Below are positions 45,552 to 54,940 of a stretch of DNA of 64,000 nt, one piece after another. The DNA is taken from NCBI GenBank assembly GCA_041694815.1, contig JBGFSC010000047.1, positions 23,362-87,361 on the forward strand. Reading direction: 5' to 3'. Numbering within the stretch: the first letter of the stretch is position 1; every line of letters begins with the position of its first letter. The DNA comes from Elusimicrobiota bacterium. GTDB lineage: Bacteria > Elusimicrobiota > Elusimicrobia > UBA1565 > JACRDR01. A program made the translations under genes and the position numbers. The notes under the pieces were generated by a model. The model was not told the origin of the DNA. It did not search any database and saw only the letters and a program-made list of their open reading frames with translations.

Positions 45552-46618
45552 CGGGGCCGCCCTCGCTGGAAAATCGGGTCGTCGGGGTCGGGTATATAGG
45601 GTGCGACAGCAGCGATCTTCGTGGCCCCTTCGCCGCTGCAGCCGTTTAGGGCACAGGTCTTGACCCGGGCGCAGCGGTCCTCGCCGTACGGGTAGTCATA
45701 ATCCGACTCACCGTCGACCAAAATTCCCTCCACCTCGAGCGTCCGGGCGTTGAGGACAGGGCTGCCGGAATTGCCGTGGAAGCTGTCGAGGGTGGTCGTG
45801 AAGCGGTTTAGGTCCTGCACGTCCCGTGCGACAGCGTTGCCGGCGATCTTGGTCGGCAGGCCAGCCGGATGGCCGATGATGAGTATGGGGGCTCCGGGTT
45901 CGATGTAACCCGTCCGGTTGATCCTCAGCGGCGCATGGTCCGGGACCGAGCGGTCCAGGCGGATCAGCGCCCAGTCGGGCAGGGATGCCGGCTGGGGCGG
46001 CGTGGGGTCGGGATACGGCTCTATCTTGCGGCGTGTCGGGCTGTAGGTCCCGCCGCCGAAGCCGCCGCCAGTGACCGGGCCTTCCACATAACCGCGCGCG
46101 ACGACGGAGCGGCAGGCGTAGACCTGGTCGCCCGGCGCGCCGCGGGGGTATTCCCCCTCCTTCTTAACGCTGAACCCGAATACGAAACGGATCATCTCGC
46201 AGGCCGCTTCGGAGGCGACGCAATGCCCCGCCGTCAGTACCAGGTCCGGGGCCACGAGAAAGCCGGAGCAGAAGGGACCCACCGGCTGATCGGCAAAGCG
46301 CTCCCCTTCGCAGAGGAAGGCGTAATCCCGATATACGCGCGTATCTAGGTCGAACCAGTCGACGTAACCTGGGTCCAGGCGCGGGGTGCGGTCATCGGCG
46401 GGCGCCTTCCAGCGGCGCACGTTATAGGTCCAAAAAAGCCCGACCGTCGAATCCGCCAGGCGGCGAAGCGCCGGGTCTTCTATTTCGTAAAGGTCTTTAC
46501 GATCGTCTTGCCCGTATATGGTCGGCCCGGGCCGGGACGGCGGGGCCCCGGTCGGGGCGCTATATAAAGGAGAGCCTGCCAATAAAAAGGCTAGCGCGCG
46601 CAGGATAGGGGGGGGCAC
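45548..46618 (-). CDS. secreted S1B serine protease, paralog 4
   Basis: TAGHCV, DWALIRLD, GNSGSPV; signal peptide MPPPILRALAFLLAGSPLYSA. Confidence 0.7.
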   Translation of the reverse strand: MPPPILRALAFLLAGSPLYSAPTGAPPSRPGPTIYGQDDRKDLYEIEDPALRRLADSTVGLFWTYNVRRWKAPADDRTPRLDPGYVDWFDLDTRVYRDYAFLCEGERFADQPVGPFCSGFLVAPDLVLTAGHCVASEAACEMIRFVFGFSVKKEGEYPRGAPGDQVYACRSVVARGYVEGPVTGGGFGGGTYSPTRRKIEPYPDPTPPQPASLPDWALIRLDRSVPDHAPLRINRTGYIEPGAPILIIGHPAGLPTKIAGNAVARDVQDLNRFTTTLDSFHGNSGSPVLNARTLEVEGILVDGESDYDYPYGEDRCARVKTCALNGCSGEGATKIAAVAPYIPDPDDPIFQRGRPR

Positions 46619-46678
46619 CTCCCGAGTATAGACCCGGTTCCGCTATGGCGCAAGGCCCATTCTCGCGAGAAACCTAGA

Positions 46679-46703
46679 ACTCGTCGCGCGAAGCGCGACG
46701 AGT
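46679..46703 (-). terminator. GC-rich hairpin (11-bp stem ACTCGTCGCGC/GCGCGACGAGT, GAA loop), putative terminator after the OMP gene
   Basis: perfect palindrome read directly; on the minus strand followed by a UCUAGGUUUCUC U-rich stretch; a second short hairpin sits at 46706-46721. Confidence 0.35.
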
Positions 46704-46746
46704 CACGCGCCCGAGGCGCGTAAAAGCCGCCGTTCAGACTCGAGGA

Positions 46747-47790
46747 CTACTCGTCCAAGCTGAACGCCTTGATACCGGCCGGGTCGCGCTTTTGCGCGAG
46801 GAAGCGCAGGTTCACGCTGAACCAATGCGTGTTGTAGAGGGAATCGATGCTGTACTGGAAGGCGTAGTCGATCGAGATGCCGGCCGAGCGCGTATCCCAC
46901 GCGTAGCCGAAGCCCGCGGTCGGGTCGTAGGCGTTGGCGCCGGCTCGCAGCCAGAACCCCTTGTAAGCCTTCCACTCCCCGCCCAGGTGCACCTTTAGGT
47001 TCTGGTCCCGCGCCTTGACGAAGTCCAGGGCAAGGCTCCATTTCGGATTCGGCGAATAGGCGGTCCCTAACACGTACTTGGTCGTGACCGGCTCGCTGTA
47101 GCTATACTCCGCGCCGATATTATCGTCGCTCAATTTCCAGTCCAGCGCGCCGCTCAGGTCACGGACCAAGAAACCTAGGTCGAATTTTCCCCACCGCGTC
47201 TGCGGCAGACGGTAAATCGCCCCGACGTCGAAGGAATTGCCGTCGGCGGAGGCGGCGTGCAGTTTCTGCGTCAGGATCTTGCCCGTGAACCCGACTGAAA
47301 AATTCTCGATCGCCTGCAGGCCCAGCGAGAAATAGTAGGCGTGCTCGGAGTTCTCGAAGTTGCTTTGCGGCTGGCCGAACTCGCTGCGTCCCTCGATGTT
47401 CTTGGTGGCGAAGGAGGCGAGGCCCCCTGCCAGCGCGATGTAGATGCTCTGGGAGCCTTGGCGGAAATCCCAACCCTCGTGCCGGATCGTCCAAGGCAGC
47501 AGGTAGCCGACGAAGTACAGCGACCGGTCGATTCCGAGCACGCCGGAATTCGTCGCCAAGGAATGGGCGGGCACGAAGGTCATCAGCCCGGGGTTGGCGA
47601 GCAAAGCCGTCGCGTCCATGGGCTCCAGTGCGGCGCGGGCCTGGCCCATGGCGATGGCCCTCGCCCCGGCGACCAGGTCAAGGTAGGCCGCAGCCCCCTT
47701 GGCGTACCCGGAATCCTCGGCAAGAGCGGTGCCGGCGGACAGCAAAAGAACCGCGGACGCGGCGGCAAGTCCTTTCAACGCCCGACCCAT
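46747..47790 (-). CDS. outer-membrane beta-barrel protein (possibly PorP/SprF- or PorV-like)
   Basis: signal peptide MGRALKGLAAASAVLLLSAGTALA, alternating beta-strand pattern, C-terminal aromatic; directly downstream of a T9SS-CTD cargo gene. Confidence 0.4.
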   Translation of the reverse strand: MGRALKGLAAASAVLLLSAGTALAEDSGYAKGAAAYLDLVAGARAIAMGQARAALEPMDATALLANPGLMTFVPAHSLATNSGVLGIDRSLYFVGYLLPWTIRHEGWDFRQGSQSIYIALAGGLASFATKNIEGRSEFGQPQSNFENSEHAYYFSLGLQAIENFSVGFTGKILTQKLHAASADGNSFDVGAIYRLPQTRWGKFDLGFLVRDLSGALDWKLSDDNIGAEYSYSEPVTTKYVLGTAYSPNPKWSLALDFVKARDQNLKVHLGGEWKAYKGFWLRAGANAYDPTAGFGYAWDTRSAGISIDYAFQYSIDSLYNTHWFSVNLRFLAQKRDPAGIKAFSLDE

Positions 47791-49601
47791 TTGAGCACCG
47801 CGATCTTGCCGGTAGCCGAACGCTCGCCCATGCTGACGCGGTAGAGGTAGACCCCGTTGGCGACGTCCGCGATCGGCCAATTCACTTCCTGCCAGCCGGC
47901 GCCCGGGGCATTGACGCTCAGGGTTCGGATGGCGCGGCCCGCGGTAGTAAAGAGCTGGATCTCGGCGGAGCCGGCGGACTCGGCGTAAAAGGTTATTTTG
48001 GCGCTTCCCTGATGCACGGGATTCGGGTAGGAAAAGCTCTGTAATTGATTGCCGGCCGAGAGGACGGAAGGGTTCGTCGAGGCTCCTGCCTCAGTCGTGT
48101 CCGTCACGATGGCCTGGAAGTAGGAGTCGGCGCGCCCGGCCGCGACGATCCGGACGGTGTAGGTCCCAGCGGGGAGGCTGCCCACCGCGTAGGTCCCGTC
48201 GGTCTGCGTCGTGGCGGCGCCGATCTGCACGCCTCCGTTGAGCACCGTCACCGCGGCGCCGGCGATGGGGACGCCGTAGATGTCTGTCGCCTGGCCGTAG
48301 ACCGCGTTGGGAATATTGGTGAGGAAAACGTTGCGTAGCACGTTCACGGAGCTGGCTCCTACCTGCGTAATCACACTGAAAGTCTGAGTACCCAGGTTGC
48401 GGCCCACGGCCTTCACCCTCCAGTCCACCTCGGCGGTGGCCGAGGACGCCACCACTCCGCTGCCGGCGACTACCTCGATCGGCTTGGTGGCCGTCTCGCC
48501 CGTATCCAAGGAGAAGCCCGGCCTAAGGCGCAGCGTGGCCTGCGCGCCTGAAACGGCCGAAGCGGTGACGTTCGAGAAGAAAGCCGATACGACGAAGGGG
48601 GATGGATGATACACGTACGAATTCCCCTGCACCTCGCCCGTGAGTTCGGCCGGGGCAAACAGCCCTATCTGGAAAGGCGACCAGTTCTGGAAGGTGTAAT
48701 CCCCCAGCCCATAGAGGATGGCGAAGCTGGTGGTGCCCCCCGGCAGGAGATTGATCGCCTTGGCGTCTGGATACCCCCACCAAACGATCACCGAACTGTC
48801 GCTGTCGGGGCTGGATCCGGAGATCTTGCCGTCGTTGTTGTTGTCGAGGAAGGAGCGCGTGGGATCGACCGTATAATCCCAAGCGCCGCTCGAGATGGGC
48901 CAGTAACCGAATACCAGCCGATCCGGAGTCTTGTAGCCGATATTATTAAAGGTAAACAGCCCGATCGCCGTCGGGTTGGCCAGGCTGTCGAAAACGAGGG
49001 TCGTCAATGGGATGCTGCTGACGTTCACGGTGGCCGGGTCGTTGTCGAACTGCCTGTCCTTGGTGATCTCCCCTACGAAAGGGACCCGGAAAGGCGCGCC
49101 GTCGTTGGATCCCAGCATCGTGTCGAGCTGCACGCGCAGGCCGACGTTGTGGGCGACGCTATCGAGATTAGTCAATTGGTAGAAGATCTCCACCGTATCC
49201 TGGTTCCGGGTGCCCCTAGACTTAACGATGCTTAAGCGCTCGGTGACGCGGATATTCGCCGTCGTGATGTTCACCGTGCCGACCATGCCGCTCAAGATCG
49301 CGCCGGTGCTCGAGCCGGTATGGATGGAGTAGGAGGTCGCGTCCACACGGAGCATCGTGTCGCTCGTCGAGGCGCCGGGGTGCCCGAAGAGCAGCTTGCG
49401 CCCCGCCCCGTCGCCGATGGTGAATTTGCCGTCGTCCTTGAGCGTGACCTGAATGAAAGAGTTATTGTTGGTGACTGTGGCGGCCGGGGCGAAGGCGGTC
49501 CGCGCCGATTGCGTCGCGTAGGACGACTTGGATTGGACGGGAGCGTTTTGGGCCCAAAGAGGCGACGCGCAGAGCAGCCAAAGCACGGGAGCCGGTCGCA
49601 T
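47775..49601 (-). CDS. cell-surface protein with T9SS-type C-terminal sorting domain and CarboxypepD_reg-like domain
   Basis: C-terminus SYPNPV...LFTTAGR...GVYLYRV...KIAVLK matches the Por-secretion CTD pattern; signal peptide MRPAPVLWLLCASPLWAQ (start 49601). Confidence 0.6.
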   Translation of the reverse strand: MRPAPVLWLLCASPLWAQNAPVQSKSSYATQSARTAFAPAATVTNNNSFIQVTLKDDGKFTIGDGAGRKLLFGHPGASTSDTMLRVDATSYSIHTGSSTGAILSGMVGTVNITTANIRVTERLSIVKSRGTRNQDTVEIFYQLTNLDSVAHNVGLRVQLDTMLGSNDGAPFRVPFVGEITKDRQFDNDPATVNVSSIPLTTLVFDSLANPTAIGLFTFNNIGYKTPDRLVFGYWPISSGAWDYTVDPTRSFLDNNNDGKISGSSPDSDSSVIVWWGYPDAKAINLLPGGTTSFAILYGLGDYTFQNWSPFQIGLFAPAELTGEVQGNSYVYHPSPFVVSAFFSNVTASAVSGAQATLRLRPGFSLDTGETATKPIEVVAGSGVVASSATAEVDWRVKAVGRNLGTQTFSVITQVGASSVNVLRNVFLTNIPNAVYGQATDIYGVPIAGAAVTVLNGGVQIGAATTQTDGTYAVGSLPAGTYTVRIVAAGRADSYFQAIVTDTTEAGASTNPSVLSAGNQLQSFSYPNPVHQGSAKITFYAESAGSAEIQLFTTAGRAIRTLSVNAPGAGWQEVNWPIADVANGVYLYRVSMGERSATGKIAVLKWVGR

Positions 49602-49689
49602 GCCGCTAATACGTAACAGGAACTTCAAAAAAATGCAATACATTCTTAGGTGCCTGGGCGAAAGTCAATCCCTGGCACCTAGGCCACGC

Positions 49690-50418
49690 TTAATCGAAAA
49701 CGCGGTAGCGGAGTATGGCGATAAGCACCCGGATTCCATCGCGCCAGAAGCGGATCTTCTTGCCCTCAGCCCTTGAGCGGGCCTTATAGGAGACGGGGAC
49801 TTCCTCGATGCGGCAGCCGCTTCTGACCAGTTTGGCCGAGATTTCCCAATCATAGTCGAAGCCGTCGCTCTTAAACGTGATCCGTTTGAGCCGGTCGGCC
49901 TTGAATACCTTGAACATCGTCGCCCCGTCGCTTAAGCGGGTGCCGTAGAGCAGATTAAAAAGCGTGGTGAATAAGACCCCGCCCAGGTTGACGAAGAAGC
50001 CGTAGAAGCGCTCGAGCCCCTTGAATCTCCTGAACTGCCAGTGCTGGGGTGAGGTGAGTACGCGGGAGCCGAAAACCATCTCGCAGCGCTCTTTTAGGAT
50101 CGGCTCGAGCACAGCGGAATAATCGTCGGTCGAGTACTCCAGGTCCCCGTCCTGGACCAGCACCACGTCGCCGGTGACGAGCTCCAGCCCCGAACGCACG
50201 GCCGCCCCCTTGCCACGCGGACGGTCCTCGAAAACGACGCGCACCCCCTGGCGACCCTCGTAGGAGCGGACGATCTCGCGGGTGCCGTCGCTCGAGTGGC
50301 CCTCGACGATGATGATCTCTTTCTCCACCCCGTGGATTTGAGTCGCGAGCACCCGGTCCAAAAGCGCGCCCACCGTCGCTCGCTCGTTGTAAACGGGGAC
50401 GATGATGGAAAACTTCAC
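49690..50418 (-). CDS. GT2 glycosyltransferase (DPM1-like)
   Basis: FSIIVPVYNE, DGDLEY motifs; GTG start at 50418 (GTGA overlap with the gmhA stop). ORF-track N-terminal 170 aa is a low-complexity extension. Confidence 0.65.
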   Translation of the reverse strand: MKFSIIVPVYNERATVGALLDRVLATQIHGVEKEIIIVEGHSSDGTREIVRSYEGRQGVRVVFEDRPRGKGAAVRSGLELVTGDVVLVQDGDLEYSTDDYSAVLEPILKERCEMVFGSRVLTSPQHWQFRRFKGLERFYGFFVNLGGVLFTTLFNLLYGTRLSDGATMFKVFKADRLKRITFKSDGFDYDWEISAKLVRSGCRIEEVPVSYKARSRAEGKKIRFWRDGIRVLIAILRYRVFD

Positions 50419-51044
50419 CGGTGCTGCTTCAGGAAAAAGGTCAGTATGTGGCCGATGCTCAGGTGCAGGTCCTCGATGACGCCGTACTGGTCGGAGGCGA
50501 CGAGTATCGGCAGCTCGACGAGGCGCTTGAGCTTGCCGCCGTCGAATCCCAAGAGGGCAGCGGTCTTGGCGCCCCGCGCCCGGGCCAGGCGGGCGGCGCG
50601 CAGCAGGTTGGGCGAGTTCCCGCTGCCGCTGACGAGGAGCACCACGTCTCCCCGGCCCACGAGATTCTCCATCTGCCGCGAGAATATCTCGTCGAAGGAT
50701 AGATCGTTGCCGATGGCGGTGATGAGAGAGGTATTGTCGGCTAGGGATAGGCAGCGCAGCTGCTCGCGTCCCGGCACGGACGCCGTTTTCGAGAGGTCGG
50801 TGGCGATATGCGAGGCGGTGGCCGCCGAGCCGCCGTTTCCCATGACGAACACCGTGCGCTTCGAGCGTCGCGCGGCGAGCACCCATTCCGCAAGCCTGCC
50901 GACTCCCTCGAAATCGAGCTCCTCCCATTGGGCTAGAGCCTGGTTGCGGTACCAGCGGGCAAAGCCCTCGGGCGAAAGCCCCCCAGGCCCGGTCTTGTGG
51001 ATACGGCCGGGCAGAGTCCCTCGAATCCTGTTATTGGCTGACAT
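50415..51044 (-). CDS. gmhA: sedoheptulose-7-phosphate isomerase (SIS domain)
   Basis: GNGGSAATASH and VLLVSGSGNS SIS motifs; ATG 51044. Confidence 0.75.
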   Translation of the reverse strand: MSANNRIRGTLPGRIHKTGPGGLSPEGFARWYRNQALAQWEELDFEGVGRLAEWVLAARRSKRTVFVMGNGGSAATASHIATDLSKTASVPGREQLRCLSLADNTSLITAIGNDLSFDEIFSRQMENLVGRGDVVLLVSGSGNSPNLLRAARLARARGAKTAALLGFDGGKLKRLVELPILVASDQYGVIEDLHLSIGHILTFFLKQHR

Positions 51045-52002
51045 AGATGATTTTGGAGCCCTCCGGCTCGAAGCGGAACGGGATCTCGCGCCAGCCGCGC
51101 AGCACGCGCACGACCTTGGCCCGCTTGGCCGGCGGGCAGAAGAGCAGGAGGAACCCTCCGCCCCCCGCGCCGAGTATCTTGCCCCCCACGGCCCCGGCGC
51201 GCCGGGCCGCCTGGTAGGCCGCGTCGATGTGCGGCGTGCTGATGCCTCCGGCGAGGCTTTTCTTGAGTTCCCAGCCCTCGCGCAGCGTCTCGCCGACGGC
51301 CTCGACGCGCCCTGCCTGCAGCTCGCGACGCAGGGACTCCGCCTGGCGGCGCATGGCCTCGAGCGTCTCCTCATGCGCCTTGTACTGCGCCCGCGCGCGG
51401 CGCAACAACGGTGCCGCCCGTCGGGTGACGCCGGAGTACAGCAGCGCGAGGTGCTCGCCCAGGCGCTGGAAGGTACGCACCGGGCAGATTAGGGGATCGA
51501 CGCGCACGCTCTCGTCCGGCATGAACTCCATGAATTGGAAGCCGCCGTAGGCGGCGATGTACTGGTCCTGCTTGCCGATGGGCTCCTTGAGCCGCTCGAT
51601 TTCAACTTCGCAGGCCTCGCGGGCCAGTTGCTCGGCCGTCCTAAACTCTCCCTTGAAGGCGTGCAGGGCGTGGAGCACGCCCACCGTAAAGCTCGAGGAG
51701 GATCCCAGCCCCGTCCCGCCGACCACGTCGGCCATCGAGGTGATCTCCACGCCCTTTTCGATGCCCGCTTTGCGCAGGCATTCCCGCAGCAGGGGGTGCT
51801 GCACCTCGTCGACCTTCGACACGAGCTCGGTGCGCGAATACTTCAGGATGATATGGTCGTCGAAATAGCGGTTGACCGTTACGTACATGTACTTGTCGAT
51901 AGCGGTCGACACCACCGCCCCGGCCGAGCTGCGGTAGAATTCGGCCAGATCCGTGCCGCCGCCGGCGAAGCTCACCCGAAACGGCGTCCTCGAAATAATC
52001 AT
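51031..52002 (-). CDS. hddA: heptose 7-phosphate kinase-like GHMP kinase (second copy)
   Basis: MIISRTPFRVSFAGGGTDL and GLGSSSSFTVGVLHAL; ATGA overlap with the upstream gene. Confidence 0.7.
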   Translation of the reverse strand: MIISRTPFRVSFAGGGTDLAEFYRSSAGAVVSTAIDKYMYVTVNRYFDDHIILKYSRTELVSKVDEVQHPLLRECLRKAGIEKGVEITSMADVVGGTGLGSSSSFTVGVLHALHAFKGEFRTAEQLAREACEVEIERLKEPIGKQDQYIAAYGGFQFMEFMPDESVRVDPLICPVRTFQRLGEHLALLYSGVTRRAAPLLRRARAQYKAHEETLEAMRRQAESLRRELQAGRVEAVGETLREGWELKKSLAGGISTPHIDAAYQAARRAGAVGGKILGAGGGGFLLLFCPPAKRAKVVRVLRGWREIPFRFEPEGSKIIYVSQ

Positions 52003-53279
52003 GCCCGCGCCGTCCGTCGACTGTCTTCGATCACCCATTCGGCGGCACGCAGCACGTCATCGCAGATGCTGTCGGGCTTGGCCGGGAAGCGGCCGTCCTT
52101 GCCGGCGTTTCCCGTGCGCACAAGGACGGCGCGGCAGCCCGCGTTGCGGGCGGTTTGGATGTCGCGGGTCGAGTCGCCGATGAAATAGGACCGGGAGATG
52201 TCGATGCCCAGCCGCCGCGCCGCCGCGCCGAGCATTCCCGTCTTGGGCTTGCGGCAATCACAGTCGCGCCGGTAGCGGGGGTCGCTGGCCTCCGGGTGAT
52301 GCGTCTCGGGGTGGTGCGGGCAGTAGTAAAGGGCGTCTAGCTCGGCCCCGCCTTCCTTGAGCAGGGCCTTGAGCCGCTCATGGATGCGGCCGAGCCCTTC
52401 CTCGTCGACGAGCCCCCGGGCGACCACCGGCTGATTGGTCGCGAGCACGACCAGCGCCCCAGCCTCGCGCAACCGGCGCACCGCCTCGGCGGCGCCGGGG
52501 AGCAGGCGCAGGTCCTCCGGCCGTGACACTAGCCCGAGATCGTCGGTGAGCACGCCGTCGCGGTCGAGGAAGGCGGCCCATTTGCGGCTGCGCGCGAAGG
52601 ATTCGGCGCGCTCCGGAGTGCCGATGTCGACGATCTCCTCGCCGCAGCGGTAGGCCATTAGCTCCAGCCCCTGCGCGAGCGCCGCGGGAAAAATGTCGCG
52701 CCCGAAATCGCTGGGGGCATCCTTGGGGACCAGCTCGAGCAGACTCGGACGAAGCACCCAAACAGCGGCGCAGGCCAAGTTCTCGAAGGCCTCGCCGGGG
52801 GCGGCCCGAAAGAAAGCGGTGATTCGGTCACCCTCGGTCCGGACCAGGTCGGAATCGAGTGGGTGCCCGCTGGGATGGACAACGAGGGTGGCGGCGGCGG
52901 CGTGGCTTTCATGGAAGCGCAGCAGCTTGGCGCAGTCGAGGGCGACATAGAGGTCTCCATAGACGACAAGTACGTCGCTCGAGAGCCCCAAATCGCGCAC
53001 CGCGCCGGCCGTCCCCCGCGGCTCCTTTTCGACCTGGTAGCGAAGCTTGAGCCCCCAGCGTGAGCCGTCGCCGCAGTGCGAACGGATCATCTCGGCCTTG
53101 TAACCGAGGCACAGGCATACGTCCCGCACGCCAGAGCTCTGGAGCCACTCCAATTGATGCTCGAGCAACGGCTTGCCGGCGAGCGGCAGCATGGGCTTGG
53201 GAACCTGGTCGGTCGCCGGGCGCATGCGAACGCCGCGGCCGCCGGCTACGATGGCCGCTGGCAGCATTCCGGAACCCAT
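51999..53279 (-). CDS. bifunctional nucleotidyltransferase (HddC-like) / HAD heptose-bisphosphate phosphatase (GmhB-like) fusion
   Basis: N-terminus AAIVAGGRGVRMRP...PKPM nucleotidyltransferase; C-terminal HAD motifs FLDRDGVL...DD and IGDSTRD. Confidence 0.65.
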   Translation of the reverse strand: MGSGMLPAAIVAGGRGVRMRPATDQVPKPMLPLAGKPLLEHQLEWLQSSGVRDVCLCLGYKAEMIRSHCGDGSRWGLKLRYQVEKEPRGTAGAVRDLGLSSDVLVVYGDLYVALDCAKLLRFHESHAAAATLVVHPSGHPLDSDLVRTEGDRITAFFRAAPGEAFENLACAAVWVLRPSLLELVPKDAPSDFGRDIFPAALAQGLELMAYRCGEEIVDIGTPERAESFARSRKWAAFLDRDGVLTDDLGLVSRPEDLRLLPGAAEAVRRLREAGALVVLATNQPVVARGLVDEEGLGRIHERLKALLKEGGAELDALYYCPHHPETHHPEASDPRYRRDCDCRKPKTGMLGAAARRLGIDISRSYFIGDSTRDIQTARNAGCRAVLVRTGNAGKDGRFPAKPDSICDDVLRAAEWVIEDSRRTARA

Positions 53280-53287
53280 CTTAGCAA

Positions 53288-54940
53288 TTAAGGAGTGGGC
53301 GGGGGCAGAACCATCGGCCTTTCTGGTTTTAACTCCGAGCGCTGCAGCTCCACTTCCTGGAGCAGCAGGCTGGGGTTCACCGTGGAGGTCGGCAAGGATC
53401 CCGACGCATGTTCCGAGAGGGAGTCAGTAACTTCGAAATCGTCGCCGGCCGCGAGTATGCGGCCCGCCAGATCGAGCGGAGTGCCGACCAAGTCGAGATC
53501 GCGGACGAGAGTCTGCCGCCCGCTGTCGGTCTCGACGAGGTAAACGCGCGTCGGGACCAAGCGCAGGGCTTGCTGCTGCCCAGTCTTATCCTGCTGCCTC
53601 CAGCTGCGCACTCCCTGGATGTAGACCCCGTACGGCTTGCCGCGGCGGCGGCATTCCTCACGCAAGAGTTCCAGCAGGTGGGGCTTGGAAAGAGGCCGAT
53701 TCGAACGGAGAAATAGATTACCCGCCCGGCCCGTCGGCATCAGGCCGGGCGCCGCGCGCCCATGCCCGTTGGAGCGGCCGAATCCAATGACAGGGTGCCG
53801 CGAGAGCAGAAAGCCGCGCAATACCCCATTCTCCACTAATACGGTTCTGCGCGGCTCCACGCCTTCCTCGTCGACGTGATAATGCCCGAGCAGGGCGCGT
53901 CCTCGGAATTCACGCAGGGTCGGATCGTCCTCGAGACTGAGGAATGGCGGCATCACCGCCTTGCCCAATTTGTCGCGGAATGTCTGGGCCCCATCCGGAT
54001 CGCGCTGCTGCTCGCCCGAAAGCCGCAGGGCGAAGGCCTGCAGGACGGCGGCCCCCACGGACGGGTCGAGCAGGGCGGGGGCGTTGAAGGGAGACGTGGA
54101 AGAAGCCTCCGTGAGGGCGGCCATGTCTTCGGCCATGGCCTGGATCTCGGCGGAAAGTCGTTCTCCCTGGGGCAGGCCCGAGGCGTCACGGGCCATGTAG
54201 GAACGCGCTAGTTTCGTACGCATGCCCTCGGGGCTCAGGCCTTCCGCCTCCAGCTGCAAACGGAACCAAGAATCCCCATAGCGCACACGGCTTCCCTCGG
54301 AATCGATGTGCAGGTTGCCCAACGCCTGCCAGCTGAGCTCGGCCTGGGAATCGAGCACGTGTGTCCTGCCGGCCAAACCTCGCGACGCCTCCAGGCACGC
54401 CTGCCGGCCCGCCCCCTCGAAGGCCTCCCGCTCGCGCTCGAGATCCGGCCTTGGGAAATCACGGCGCAGCGGCGTCTGGCGGCTGCGGTCATCGGTGTCG
54501 TATTCCGTCGGCCCACGGCGCACGCGCAACGCCTGCTTGCGCAGCAGGGCCGCCGCGGCCTTCTTGTATTCCGCGTCCAGGTGGAACCACGTGAAGTGCC
54601 TTACGGAAAGTTCGTCCGCCCCGTCGGGCATCTCGCGTCCCTTGAAACCCTCCGAGGCGCCTAAGGGATGGTTATCGAGCTCGTAGCCGCCAACCCGCAG
54701 CTCGGGCGTCAACAGGCGCTGGCGGCTGGCGGCGGAGCTTTTCAATCCTCCCGCCGAGCAGCGATGCTCGCCCGAGAGCACGTCGGACACTCGAAGCCCG
54801 ATGTAATACGGAAGTGGGTATCCCTCCTGCCGCAGCGAGCTCGTCGAGCGGGCGATCTCGCGCGCGAGGGCTTCCTCCAGATCCGCGGAGGCAGGAGCGG
54901 CCAGCACGCAGCAGAGCAAGAAGGAGAGGCTACTTCTCAT
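53288..54940 (-). CDS. TldE/PmbA-like (peptidase U62 family, no HExxxH) protein with signal peptide
   Basis: signal peptide MRSSLSFLLCCVLAAPASA; TldD/PmbA-fold C-terminal blocks (GHYHVDEEGV, GVLRGFL, GRSNGHGR) but no HExxxH. Confidence 0.55.
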   Translation of the reverse strand: MRSSLSFLLCCVLAAPASADLEEALAREIARSTSSLRQEGYPLPYYIGLRVSDVLSGEHRCSAGGLKSSAASRQRLLTPELRVGGYELDNHPLGASEGFKGREMPDGADELSVRHFTWFHLDAEYKKAAAALLRKQALRVRRGPTEYDTDDRSRQTPLRRDFPRPDLEREREAFEGAGRQACLEASRGLAGRTHVLDSQAELSWQALGNLHIDSEGSRVRYGDSWFRLQLEAEGLSPEGMRTKLARSYMARDASGLPQGERLSAEIQAMAEDMAALTEASSTSPFNAPALLDPSVGAAVLQAFALRLSGEQQRDPDGAQTFRDKLGKAVMPPFLSLEDDPTLREFRGRALLGHYHVDEEGVEPRRTVLVENGVLRGFLLSRHPVIGFGRSNGHGRAAPGLMPTGRAGNLFLRSNRPLSKPHLLELLREECRRRGKPYGVYIQGVRSWRQQDKTGQQQALRLVPTRVYLVETDSGRQTLVRDLDLVGTPLDLAGRILAAGDDFEVTDSLSEHASGSLPTSTVNPSLLLQEVELQRSELKPERPMVLPPPTP

